This document shows, piece by piece, positions 13,772 to 27,369 of a stretch of 64,000 nt of DNA (positions are counted from its first letter, which is position 1; every line of letters starts with the position of its first letter). Location of the stretch: the NCBI RefSeq assembly GCF_009914755.1, contig NC_060947.1; one strand, given 5' to 3'. Position numbers and translations under genes: made by a program. A model generated the notes under the pieces. The model saw only the letters and a list, made by a program, of their open reading frames with translations. It was not told the DNA's origin and did not search any database. Source of the stretch: the human T2T-CHM13v2.0 reference genome, Homo sapiens.

Positions 13772-16043
13772 TGTTTTAGTTCATTCTTATACTGCTATAA
13801 GGACATACTCAAGACTGGGTAATTTATAAAGGAAAGAGGTTTAATTGACTCACAGTTCCACAGGACTGGGGAGGCCTCAGGAAACTTACAATCACGGCAG
13901 AAGAGGAAGCAAACACATCCTTCTTCACATGGCGACAGCAAGGAAAACCGCAGAGCAAAGCGGGAGAGGGGAAGCCCCTTATAAAGCCATCAGCTCTCAT
14001 GATAAATCACAATCATGAGAACAGCATGGAGGTAACTGCTGCCATGATTCAATTACCTCCCACCGGGTCCCTCCCATAATACATGGGGATTGTGGGAACT
14101 ATAATTCAAGATGAGATTTGGGTGGGAACACAGCCAAACCATATCATTACGCCCTTAGCCCCTCCCAAATTTCATGTCCTCACATTTCAAAAGAGAACTT
14201 CCCAACAGTCCCCCAAAGTCTTAACTCATTCCAGCATTAACTCAAAAGTCCAAGTCCAAAGTCTTACCTGAGACAAGGCAAGTCCCTTCTGCCTAAGACC
14301 CTGTAGAATCAAAAGCAAGTTAGTTACTGCCTAGATAAAATGGGGGCACAGGCATTAGGTAAATACAACCATTCCAAATGGGAGAAATTGGCCAAAACAA
14401 AGGGGCAACAGGCCACATGCAAGTCTGAAATCCAGCAGGGCAGTCAAATCTTAAAGCTCCAGAATGATCTCCTTTGACTCCATGTCTCACATTTAGGTCA
14501 CACTGTTGCAAGCGGTGGGGTCCCACAGCCTTGGGCAACTCTGCCCCTGTGGCTTTGCAGGGTACAGCCCCCCTCCTAACTGCTTTCATGAACTGGCATT
14601 GAGTGCCTGCAGCTTTTCCAGGAGCACAGTGCAAGCTGTTGGTAGATCTACCATTCTGGGGTCTGTAGGATGGTGGCCCTCTTCTCATAGCTCTACTAGG
14701 CAGTGCCCCAGTGGAGACTTTGTGTGGGGACTCTGAACCCACATTTCCCTTCTGCACTGCCCTAGCAGAGGTTCTCAATGAGGGCTCCACCCCTGCAGCA
14801 AACTTCTGCCTAGACACCCAGGCATTTCCATACATCCTCTGAAATATGGGCAGAGGTTCCCAAGCCTCAATTCTTGACTTCTGTGCACATGCAGGCTCAA
14901 CACCACATGGGAGCTACCAAGGCTTGGGGCTTGCACCCTCTGAAGCCATGGCCCAACCTATACCTTGGCCCCTTTTAGCCATGACTGGAGTGGCTGGGAT
15001 GCAGGGCACCAAGTCCCTAGGCTGCACACAGCAGAGGGATCCTGGACCTGGCCCACAAAACCATTTTTTCCTCCTAAGCCTCCCAGCTTGTGACATGAGG
15101 GGCTGCCATTAAGGTCTCTGACATCACCTGGAGACATTTTCCCCATTGTTTTGGTGATTAACATTCGGCTCCTTGTTACTCATGCAAATTTCTGCAGCAG
15201 GCTTGAATTTCTCCCCAGAAAATGGGTTTTTCTTTTCTACTGCATTGTCAGGCTGTAACTTTTCCAAATTTTTATGGTCTGCTTCCTCTTGAACACTTTG
15301 CTCTGAGAAATTTTTTTCACCAGATACCCTAAATCATCTCTCTCAAGTTCAAAGCTCCACAGATCTCTAGGGCAGGGGAAAAATGCCACCAGTCTCTTTG
15401 CTAAAGCACAGCAAGAGTCACCTTTGCTCCAGTTCCCCACAAGTTTCTCATCTTCATCGGAGACCACCTCAGCCTGGACTTCATTGTACATATCACTATC
15501 AGCATTTTGGTCAAAGCCATTCAACAAGTGTCTAAGAAGTTCCAAACTTTCCCACATTTTCCTGTCTTCTTCCGAGTCTTCTAAACTGTTCCAACCTCTG
15601 CCTGTTACCCAGTTCCAAAGTCAGTTCTGCATTTTTGGGTATCCTTATAGCAGCACCCCACTCTACTGGTACCAATTTACTGTATTAGTTCATTCTCACA
15701 CTGCTAATAAAGACATACCCAGGACTCGGTAATTATAAAGGAAAGAGATTTAATTGACTCACAGTTCCACAGGGCTAGGGAGGCCTCAGGAAACTTACAA
15801 GCATGGCAGAAGGGGAAGCAAATATGTCTTTCTTCACATGGTGACAGCCAAGAGTGAAGGGGAGGGGAAAGCCCCTTAGAAAACCATCAAATCTTATGAG
15901 AACTCACTATCACAAGAACATCATGGAGGTAACTGCCCCCATGCTTCAATTACCTCCCACTGGGTCCCTCCCACCGTATGTGGGAATTATGGGAACTACA
16001 ACTCAAGATGAGATTTGGGTGGGGGCACAGCCAAACCATATCA
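13772..16043 (-). mobile_element. Full-length THE1 (THE1C-like) MaLR: LTR 13772-14146, internal region 14147-15680, LTR 15681-16043
   Basis: Two homologous LTRs, each ending cagccaaaccatatca on the + strand. Perfect 5-bp TSD GCCTG at 13767-13771 and 16044-16048. Typical THE1 internal text between them. Confidence 0.95.
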
Positions 16044-16799
16044 GCCTGGTACCTATGCAGCCCTGACAGTGCAATCATGTTCATATCGCACAAGCACAAG
16101 TGTAGATGATCCAGTTTTCTGTGGTTTTCAGGAGGAATGCTCTATTGATACATCATTGGGATTTTTTAAAAAGTAACCTATAGTTTTCAGTGGCTGTTTA
16201 TTTTCATTATAAGTTATCATTAGACTTCATCACTATCAATTTTAGTTTGTTTTAGGTTGCTTGCTTTACCCTCTAATATGTAGTGATTCATATTTACCTA
16301 TAATTTTTCAAGAATGATACTGTGAATCATCCATACCCAACAGTACTTACAGAGTAATCGTCTATTGGTATACCTAGTTATTTTTTCCATTGAAAAGTAG
16401 AGATAAAGAGATAGACCCAAGGGATCTGTTGGCCTGTCTTAGGGAACCACAGTCAAAAACTGTGGAAACCCACTACCTAGATACAGATATATGGTTAAAA
16501 GAAGAAGAAAACAATATTGGCTTTACTTGGTTATAAATATAAAACAGTTTTGGTGAATGCTAGTCCACAAAAAATTAGTTCACTTGTACTTCCTCACTTA
16601 TTTATATAATTTGTTCTTTTTGCTTTCATATTTAGGAAGGTTTGGTTTTTTTATTAAAAAAAAAATCAACTATCGGTACTCCTCCTATCCCCCCATATTC
16701 TCATTCACCGCAAACTGGTGTACTTATAATGGAACTGGCCAGACTAGAGGATTTAATAATAGAATTACTCTTTGAAGATTTAAAGATTCACAAATACAA

Positions 16800-18190
16800 A
16801 CTTTCAGTCCCAGATAAGATGGAGTACACACATTTTATTTTATTTTTCCTGCTACTCACAACCAAAAATTACCTGGAGAAAATACATTAACTCATCTACC
16901 AGAAGACTCTGAAAGGTGCAAAAAAATAAGGCAGACAGGCTAGAGACCTCCAGACCCAAGGAAGTGCTGTGAGTTCCCAGGCTTTTTTACTTGCCTCCTG
17001 TATTACCTGGCCTGGGTGTTATAAAAGCCTGCAACCTGAAAACATCAATAGGCACCGACAAAATACAGTCTTTAGCCAACGGACTCTCTTTAGCCAACAT
17101 GACAGAAATATTTTAACAACACCTGCCTCTTCTCAAGGCAGAAACCGTGAAAAAAGTCATGCTTCTCTTCCTTCACCACAACAGGCATAAAGAGGTTCAA
17201 TTCACTAAGAAGACATGACAATCTTAAACATGTATGCACCAAATAACAGAGATTCAAACAGTAGAAGCAAAATCTCCCAGAACTGGAAGGACAGATTGAA
17301 AGATTTACAATTAAGGTTGGGGTCTTCAACATCCATCTCTCAATAATTCATAGACCCACTAAACAAAACACCAGCAAGGGTACAGAAGTACTGAATGACT
17401 GTCCACCAGCAGTTTCTAACTGACACCCAACAACAGCAGAATACACATTATTTTCAAATGTGCATGAGATACTCATCAGAATAGAAGTTATCTTCAGTCA
17501 TAAAACAAACCTTAGCTTTAAAAGAACTTGAAATAATACAAAATATGTTCTCTGATTATAATGAAATCAAACTAGACATCAGTAACAAAAAGATAACAAG
17601 TAAATCTCCAGCCACTTGGAAATTAAAGAACATACTTCTAAATAATCCATAGGTTAAAAGGAAGTATAAAGGAAAATGAAGCTGAGTGAAAATAAAAAGC
17701 ATATGCTTAGAGGAAATTTATAGCCCTAAATGCTTACATGAGAAAAGAAGAAAGATGGCAATAATCTCAGCCCCTACCTCAAGAAATTAGAAAAAGAACA
17801 AAACAAAAAGCAGAAGGAAGATTTAATAAAGATAATGGAATTCAATGAAGTTGAAAACAGAAACAATAGGTAAAATCAAACCAAAAGCTATGGGATTTTT
17901 TAATTTAAAAAATTGACGAACATCTAGCAAGACTGATAAAGAGAAAAAGGAGAGAAGACTCAAATGACCAATATCAAGAATAAAATAGGCGATATCACTA
18001 CAACCCTCATAGACATTAAAAGAATACTAAAGAAATACAACTCTGTGCCTGTAAGTTTATCAGTTCAGATGAAATGGACCAATTCCTCAAAACATACAAA
18101 CTGCCAAAACTCACCCAAAATGAAATATATCTGAATAGTTACATAACTATTAAAGAAATTTAATTAACTATTAAAATTTCCAAAATATCA
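16800..18190 (+). mobile_element. Old L1 (L1M) fragments: 5'-region piece joined to a degraded ORF2 endonuclease region (~17186-18190)
   Basis: A-rich. agaggttcaattcactaagaagacatgacaatcttaaacatgtatgcaccaaataac is a decayed GSIHQEDITILNMYAPNN; gatgaaatggaccaattcct also present. Confidence 0.8.
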
Positions 18191-20029
18191 ATACAGAAAT
18201 ACTTTAAAACAAAAGAAGCAAAACCACAGTACTAATATTTTTGTATTGATTGAGTGTGGGAATAAGGAATTTTGCTTTCATTGTTATGTTCTGCGCTGCT
18301 TTTAAAGTGTTGGAAGCCTATAAGAGATTTGATGTACAAGACTTGTAACTTAATGGAATTCCTAAGATACTGATTAAATTCATCAGTTTTATTAATTTTG
18401 AAAATATTGTTTAAATGTTTAGAAATTTTTATTTCCTCAATTTTTAAGTTTTAAAATTTGAAAACTAAACAAACAAAAAGATTCACAAATATGCCCTCAC
18501 TCTTGAGAAAGATTTTTGCTCCCTGTATAAAACAGATTACTGATAAACTGAAGCCAGCCCTTTCAGCTTCACATTTGAACAAATGTGGGTCTCAGTCTGC
18601 TACTTCCTGGGTAGAAAATGACTGCCAGGAAGCAAAACACAAAATTTGGCTCAATTAGTGATGCACCATGTAAAACATGATGCAGAAGAATTGAATTATA
18701 AATTTATTAAATTTAAGTCTTATTTTTAATTCCTTTTTGCCTTTAGGGAAAAAAAATACACAAATTCTAATAACAGGCCCTTGGCTTGGTTGGTAAGTTC
18801 AGTAATTAAAAACTATTTGGGGACATACCTGCCTTTAGTTGCTTTGATCAGAGAGCGTAAAGAAGCCCCATTCCCTTTTATGTTGTAGACGTTTGTCTCC
18901 TAGCTTTATAGCCTCAGAAAATGTCCTCAAATTTTGTAGGCAATTGGCTTTTTTTTTGCTCCCATAATCACCCTACTCGTATTACCTTGCCACCATAACT
19001 CATTTAATCAGACATCTCAAGTTTAATAAAACTGTAGGTAGAATTATCTTACCCCTAGAATTCTTTAAAGCCTATTCTGATTGAAGGTCATAACCTGTAC
19101 CAAATTATTTTCTTCACTTAACTCCCACAATATATTAATATTACTCCCTTGATGGTTTCAGCACTCTCAGCCTCCACAAAACTATGGGTATAATGATTTG
19201 CTGTATGTACTAAAATTATCCAAAGTTTCCTCTTAATAAATGATATTAAGGTACAATAATTTATTACTGTTAGATTCTAGTTTTTTAAAGATAAATTTTC
19301 TAAGAACTATGTTAAATTGTTTGCAGCCATTATGGATTTTTCACTAGTTTTGACTCTGACAGCAATTGGCAATGGACCAAAGTGCATAAGCTCAACCTAG
19401 AGTCTCAGTTCTAAATGATACTGCTAAATCTGTCTCTTAACATTTCTACAAATACCAGGGTAATTTAGGAACAGGATCCTAATAGACTTCAATCCAAAAC
19501 AACTTGGAATGCTGAGAAATAGATCAATGTTTCAAACCCATGTTCTTTATATGTGACTGATTTTAGGTAAATTAGTGTAAACTTTCCTGCCATAGTAAAC
19601 AGGAGAATAAGTTGTCTTCCCATGGTTTCTTTTATTTTCATAAATCTAGAGTGGTCCCAAGACATAATGGTTCTTGTGTCTGATAGTCTCCAGATAAGAG
19701 TTCAGCATTAAGAAGAGAATTGCCTTTTTTAAAATTCAGCTATAGGTCAGCTATATATTTAAATATATATAGCTATATAGGTCAGCTATATACTTAAATC
19801 AGCTATAAAAAGCTAGGCACATTTCTGAACCTCAGTTTCTCATAGGTAAAAAGAGGATAAGACTACTTACCTGTTTTTTTTTTTTTTTTCAGAATTAAAT
19901 CACACGTTGTATATAAAATTATTTCCACTGTGCTGAGCACATACTAGCTATTCTTAACTCCATATAGAAAGAAAATTAGTTACTCTGCATGTAAGGGAAT
20001 TTATCTTCTGATGAGCAAATCAGGAAGCC

Positions 20030-20610
20030 TTCTAGGACTAAAACAGAATGCACTTCTTTTGGGCATTAATGAGTATATCCATTGAAGTACAACCAGGGAA
20101 CTAGAATCTCTAAGTGGCATGGAATAAAGGACTAGATCTTATTCAGTTGAGGAGCTGGCAAAGATGCCTCAGCAGAGCCAGTGGTTGGGAAGAAAATCTA
20201 GACATGAAGTGAGGAAGAACAAGACAAACTAGAACCCATGAGCACAAACCAGAGCATTTCCTCCAACTTCAACAAGAAGCTGGTACCCTTCTCCATGGAG
20301 ATTCACAGATTCATGGTCCCATACTCAGGTGCTGAAGGAGGAGATCCGATTGGAGCTGAAGGAGTTGTAGACCTGGCTGCTGACTCACACCAGTAAGGCA
20401 AGCCAACAGAAAAGTAAAACAATGTGTATCAGCTGCAGCAGTGACTGACACCCTGCCCTGACCTTCGGAGCAAAAGAGCTGCTGCTTTACTTGTATTCTC
20501 CAAAACTGACACAAATTTACGTAGTGGCCAACCCTAAACTAGAACCATATAGACAAAAGAATTCTAAAACACATAGTTCCTTCCAGCTTAGCTAAATTGA
20601 TGCAATAGGA
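20030..20610. mobile_element. Old ERVL/MaLR-type LTR fragment, subfamily not assigned
   Basis: Raised GC. End motif gaattct...catagttcc...cagcttagctaaattga is typical of old LTRs. Confidence 0.4.
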
Positions 20611-23600
20611 AACTACCAAACTGAGGTTTCCTTCTCTGTGGCCATTATCAGTGTTTACTGTGTAAAACCTGCTTTGAAAATTCTCTACTGGGAGTATGTA
20701 TGAGGTTCAGTGGTAAAATAAAAATCATAAATTATCATAAATCTAGAGTGGATTCAAGAGTGTAGCCTACCTCTATGAGAGTACCATCTCCACAACCTAC
20801 TTCTTTAATTTACCAAAGCATATACTGAGAAATACATCTTAGCCAAATGTTGAATCTTCTTCACTTAGTTGCATTTTAAAATAATGTCCTCAATTTTTAT
20901 CATATGGTTATTACAAGAAACAGCCATATGAAATACACTTCTTCATTTGCTATAAAATGTTTTTTGATATTGTATTTTCTATTTCTTTGTACCTTCCATC
21001 ATATATATTTTTATAATTGGGTAAAAGCTTTGGCTCTGTGTGGTGACAGTATATGTAAAGATCTGATTCAGTGTCTGGCACTATGATAGTGCACAAATAG
21101 TATACCCTTCCTCCAACAGTACTACCAAAATGTCCTCACCAGTGGGCTGAGAACAAGCAAAATGTAATCTAGGTGCATTTGAGGTAACCAGTTCTGAAGA
21201 AGTGGCAGCAAATATCAAGCCCTCCAGAAATTTAATTTTTTATACTGAGATTGCGTAAGTTGCCTCCTTTCTTTTACTCAGTTTTCTCATTTACAAGACA
21301 AGTGTAGCACTGCAGAGAGGACTATGAAAAATGCCATCTAAATTGACAGCATAATGATGATTTGATTCCTGCTGCAAGCGCAGAAGTTAAAATATCTCCC
21401 CATCAAGTTCTTTTTTCCCTTCTGTTAGATAAAACCAATTTTCCTTTTTTTAGTCTTAAAATCATGTTTTACTATATAGTTCAGTATTAAAAGGAACAGT
21501 CTGAATTATATATCTCAATTATTTTATAAAATAAATTGCATATAGTGACTTTTGATACTTTTTAAAATTCTATTTTTATACAGTACTCTTTGAAAAATAT
21601 TTCTGTTATGAAAAAAGTCTCTAAATCAAGAAAACTCTATTAAAACTACCAGATGTAGAAACATCTGAAGTAGTTGTGTTGGAGAGCTTGTCTATTATAT
21701 AAGAGCAAAAATATCAGAATAAGAGTTTAACAGAAACGTAGTATTAATATGATAAAGATATTTAGATAAAAGCTAGCATTCTTGGAACAAATTATACTGA
21801 CACAGACTTTCATAATGAGAAATATGTACATTATATCAGAGAAATCAACCTAAAAATAAAGTTAAAGTAATCAGAAAAAAACTTTGATTTCAGATTCTTT
21901 TACAAATAAAACCATTAAGTCCACAACCAGAAAAGTTTTTCAGTAAATATGATTCAGTCACATCATTGCTGACAGAATCATCAATCATACCATAATTGTG
22001 ACTTCATTTGAGATTCTTGGGTTTCATGCATCTCTGTTAGAGGTGATTCTTTCTATATTATTTATTCCTCTATTTCTTTTACACATAGTTTATTTCCTTG
22101 TCATTCATTAGCCTGCAGGTAGCAAATCTGGTCCTCTCCATTTTTTCTGGTTATAAACATTTCTTTGTCACAAAAGACAGGCAAATCTACTCTTATTTCT
22201 CTGACACCTAAATTTCAACGGTTTCTGTCAAACAGAAGTGTCAGGAGTAGGAGCTGCCCTAGTTCTGCTTTTCACCTGTTAGAACTTGCTGCCTCTGTCT
22301 CAAGTGCAAATCTATGTTAATTGTACACATCAATCAGGCACCCCAAAATAGCTGTATCTAATATGGCTGGTGATAAGTTATTTCCATACATGGTGGAATT
22401 CAAACATAAACTAAGTGCTTTTCAATGAATAATCTAGCATTCAGTGTTAAGACTGACACTGATTACAGGTATACATATAATATTTCCTAAAACATCAATA
22501 ATTAGGTCTCCATTGGTGATCATTAACTGGTTTTCCATTCATTTTTAAATTATGATCCTGGAAAGTTATTGTTCTATGAGACATACTAAGAACATGTGGT
22601 CCAAATCCCTGATTTCGCAGTTGAGGAAATTGAGGTCAAGAGTAGTCCAGTAGCTTGATCAAAGTCATAGAGCTGGAATATAGACTGAAATATGAACTGA
22701 AAGTCAGGTCTCCTGATTCCTACCATGGTGTTGCTTCATTGGTAATGTGTGTTCCTTTCTTGCTGAGAAATGAGCATTCTAAGTGTATCACTCCAACTGA
22801 TTTGTTGAAAATAGACTGAAGGGGCCAAGGGTAAGTGTGGAAGCGGGGAGACAAGATAGGATCTGGTCAATTCAAGTGAGAGATGAGAGTGACTTAACCC
22901 TGGGTGTTAAAGTGGAAGTGGTGAAAAGGGGTTGGACTCTGGATATGTTTTGAAGGTAACTGGACAGGATGCGCTGACAGATTGCATATGAGAAGCCATG
23001 AATCATAGCCCATACCTCAGTGTCCCACACATAGGTGGTGAGTAACTATTCAATTCATGCCTTCAACAGATAATTGTATGTCGCATCCTGTGCTAGGAGC
23101 TGAGTATAGAGTGGTGACCTAAACAAATGGTTTCTGCCTTCATAGAACTAATATAGTAGGTAAAAACCATTCCTTCAGAAAGTGAGCCAAGTAATTCCAA
23201 AGCATTGCGTAGTATTGAGGAGTGTTTTGGGTGGAAAATGGCATAACACAATGAATCAGCTCAAGAGAGTAAAGAATTAGTCAAAAGGCAGGCTGGATCC
23301 ATGATTTTCTCATCAGTATTGACACAGGGTTTTCTAATTGAACTGAGTTCTGTTAATAGGCTTGTACTGAAATGTAATTGCAGTCCCATCTCTGTCTACT
23401 TAGGCTGGGCCTTATAATATTATCGTACCTTAATTTCTGTCTCAATTGCAAAATTAAGATGTTACCATGAGCCTTCCTTTCATGCAGATGTTATTATAAG
23501 CGGTTGCCCAGAAACTCCTGTAAATCTTCTTTTATAACCTACAGAGCAATATAACTTGCTAATTAAAATAAAATTGAGAAAGCATGAAAATTAGAGATTG

Positions 23601-23804
23601 ATGAGATGTTATTGGTTTGAATTATCTCCATTGATATAAAAGTGTTTTTCTCACTGATAATCTTTCTGTTTTGGAGAATCCTTTCTCTTCACATAGCAAT
23701 GTACTTGCATCACCTGTCATGAGATGTTTTCATAAATGGATGTCTTAGTGCCAGAAGCACTTTTTCTCTCTCTTTAATTGTTACTATGACTACATAATAC
23801 TTAC

Positions 23805-24078
23805 TTGGGAGGCAGTAATGCATGTAGTAGGAGTATAGGTTTTGGGGTTGACAGACCTGGCTTTGAATTTTGACTCTACCCCTACCTGTGTGATCCTGAG
23901 CAACTTATTTATGCATTCTGGGTCTCAGTTTCCTCTTTCTTAAAATGGGGTTAATGATAACCACTTTACATATGTATTATAAGGATTAAAATGGATCAAT
24001 TACATCACTTATAAACACTTGTAAGTGCTTAATATTGTGCCTGACACATAATAAGCCCTCAGTAAATGATTATTATTT
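23805..24078 (+). mobile_element. MIR, near full length
   Basis: gaggcagtaatgcatgtag...gacagacctggctttgaat...tctcagtttcctcttctaaaatggggttaat...gtgcctgacacataataagccctcagtaaatg. Confidence 0.8.
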
Positions 24079-25659
24079 TGAGCTAAGGATGGCAGTTCTT
24101 ATTTCCCAAGGGTATTGATTCATGTTAGCCTTCCTGAATATTTTCCAAGTAATCACTTCCCTTCTTCCTACATTACCACTGTGTAGGAACAGGAGGACTC
24201 ACCTTATGGGATCCTGCATGAGAGTCAATCACATCCTTCCTTCAGAATCTGATACATATGACATTCTTTTTGATGGAACATTAACTCTGCCCAACCTAAG
24301 TAGTTGTAGTTTGACTGACCTTCTCTAGATTCTTACCAATTACTGTCTTTTTGTTCTTATTTGACTGCTAATTTACTGGTTTATAAAGCATGCTTATTTT
24401 TGAGTAAGTGTGGAGCCATTTTCAGTTATACATGTACCCCGATCCTAAAATAAAAGTTTAAAAAAAATCAGGTCGACCTGACTGACAGAATCCAGAGCTA
24501 CCTCATCCCACTCTAATGAAAGACCTACGGTGTGTGCAGTGCCACATCCTTCACCCTGATTGACTCCAAGTTTTTCTTTCATGCACCAGAATGAGCAAGG
24601 CCACCAACAACAGCAGACTTAAGTTCTATGCTGTTATTTCTTATAAATGGAAATTTTTTGACTTAATATTTGGTTCTATTGTCATCCTATCCCATTTCCA
24701 TATATTTACTTTTTTCTTCCTACATACAATAATTAGAAAGTTAAGAGAAAACATTTTTTGTAAAGTATTTAAAATCTCAAAGAGTTTTACTTGTTTATTT
24801 AAAAAAAAAGTGTGGAAGCAGCTATCATCTAAAGTGTTTCAAATTGTTAAGCACCTTCTTTTCTTATGTATAAGAAAGAAGCTATTGGTTTGACTAGTCA
24901 CTGAAGAAATCTTGGAACTTTGCAGAAAATTACAGTAAGAGGAAATTGCTATTACTGCAACAAGAGAGTACTTTGATTGCAAATTTTTCCTTAAGTGTGT
25001 CAATTTGCAACTTGAGAAGAATTTAATAGTAGCTGAGCTTTCAAAATGTAACACAGAAACTGATTTTTTTCACAATTAAAATAAGTGCTTCTGATAATTT
25101 GAGGATAAGAATGACCCAAATTACCCTGCCCCCACACTTCTCCATCCAAAAGAGTGGGGAATGAAGTTTGAACAGAACATCTGTGGACAGAATGAAAGAC
25201 AAATGGTCTTTTCAGGCAAATGTCTGAAAAAGGGATCTTTCATAGCCAAACAGAATACTGTTGCATGCATCGCCATGGTTAAGAAGATCAAAAATACTTT
25301 CATAATAGCCTTTTATTTTAGCACATTCTATTTTTATGGAAAGAATTATGATTTCAACACATTCATTCATAACTCATATAATTATTAGCATAAATATCTT
25401 TTGACACAGATTTAATGTACTTTTGCCAGGCATATTGTGAATTTAAATTTAAACTGTTAAATGCACTAAGACAATCTCAGTGCAAGTAGTGCTGAAGGAG
25501 ATTGGATAAAAGGAAATTCTTCTTATCTACCAAAAGGAATGGCCTATTAAAGAACAGAATTTTCAATAATGTATTATACATGGATTCATAGACTTCTTCA
25601 AGTTACAACAATCAGCTAATTAAGATTACAACCTGTATTCTTTGCTGATGGTTTGTTCA

Positions 25660-27040
25660 ACATCCATTCACATAACCAGTATTTATTGAGTGCCTACTGT
25701 GCTAAGTCTTACTCTAGGCAGAGGACAAAGCAATACATAAAACAGGCAGAATTGCCCTTTTTTAATGGAGTTTATATTTGGAGGAAGTCCAGGTGATAAA
25801 CAAGAAATATAAATACTTAAGATAATGCTAAATGCTCAGAGGGGAAACAAAGCTGGGAAAAAGAACAGAAAGTATTGAGGGCAATTGGGATAACAATTTT
25901 GGACAGGGAAGCTTGGGTAGAATTTACTAAAAAGAAAGCCTTTGTGTAATGACTTGAAGGAGTTAAGGGAGTGAGCCACAACAACATCTGGGCAAAAAAC
26001 ATTTCAGACAGAAGAAACAGCAAGGGTGAAGGTCTTGGGATGGGACTGTACTTGGCATAATCTAAGAACAGCAAAGGTAGCTGGAACAAAATTAGCAAGG
26101 GGAGAGCAGTAGGCAAAGGTAACAGGGGACCAGATCATGTAGGGCCTTCAAGTCATTGAAAGGATATAGGCATTTATTCAGAGGGACATGAGAAACCATT
26201 GATGAGTTTTGCATATAGGAATGGCATGATTTAAATCATATTTTAACCAGATCACTCTGGCTCTTGTGCTAAAAATTAGAGGGGGCTGGTCTTAGTGGCT
26301 CACACCTGTAATCCCAGCACTATGGGAGGATAAGGCAAGCAGATCACTTGAGCCCAGGAGTTCGAGACCAGCCTGGGGCAACATGGTAAAACCCCATCTC
26401 TACTAAAAATACAAAAATTAGCTGGGCATGGTGCTGTGTACCTGTAGTCCCAGCTACTCAGAAGGCCAAGGTGGGAGGATCACTTGAGCCCAGGAGGCAG
26501 AGGTTGCAGTGAGCCAAGATCATGCCACTGCACTCCAGCCTGGGTGACACAAGACCTTGTCTCAAGATAAATATATATAAATATATATATTTATATATTA
26601 TATAATATATGTATAAATTCATAATATATATAGTATAAATATATTAGAGAGGGTAAGAGCAGAAGCAGGGAGAACTGTCAGGGGGTATTTCAGTAATCCA
26701 GGTGAGAGATTGTGGTGGCTTAGACCAGGGTGGTAATAATAGAGCTGGTGAGAAAAAGTCATATTATAAATACATTCATTGTGAAAACAAAGCTGGTAAA
26801 ACTTGCTGATGGATTGGCTATGGGGTATAAGAGAAGGAAAAGAGTTAAAGTTGACTCCAAGGTTTTGTACCTGAGCCACTAGGGAGGAAAAAAATGTAAT
26901 TACTATTTAATAAGATATAGAAGAGTAGGAAAGAAGCAGATTTGGCTGATGAGTGATAGATATCATGAGCTCAGTTTTGTACATATTAAATCCACTCAGT
27001 TAGGCAGGCTTTAGCTCAGTGAAGAAGTCCTGGCTAGTGG
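25660..27040 (-). mobile_element. L2 fragment interrupted by an Alu and an AT-rich tract
   Basis: catccattca...tatttattgagtgcctactgtgc start; continues after 26645 with agagcagaagcagggagaactgtcagg...gactccaaggtttt. Confidence 0.8.
26284..26570 (+). mobile_element. AluJ-type SINE, followed by a (TA)-rich low-complexity tail to ~26645
   Basis: Dimeric Alu body with gatcacttgagcccaggag in both arms. Confidence 0.93.
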
Positions 27041-27369
27041 TATGAATTCTTAAGTTGCTAAAGGTCAGAATTTATGGAACATTCTTAGAAAGTTCGAAGA
27101 ACTTTCACCCAGATGCTCACTATAATAAACAGAAAGTGCTAGTGAAGGCATTAGAAAGATTTTAATAAATGATGTTTTTGGAAAAAATGAAGATGGGAAT
27201 TTTTAGAGAATTGGACTTCAAAAATGCTAACAAGAGAAATCCATTTTTGGTGATCAATAAGCGTTACAAGCTTGTGCTTTAAATTCACATACATACACAC
27301 CCTCACACTCACCCTACCCTAAACACATAGCAATAAAATGAAATAAAAGATATGGTCATGGTCAAAAAT

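Noticed and set aside
14083-16066. Cluster of overlapping ORFs up to 171 aa
   Set aside because: All lie in THE1 LTR or internal sequence; they are typical MaLR pseudo-ORFs.
19555-19850. AG|GT recursive-splice-like sites (ttttag|gtaaat, catag|gtaaaa) in the long intron
   Set aside because: Short pyrimidine tracts and weak donors; expected by chance.
27090-27108. 8-bp hairpin gaaagttc-gaa-gaactttc
   Set aside because: Isolated short inverted repeat; expected by chance in 64 kb.
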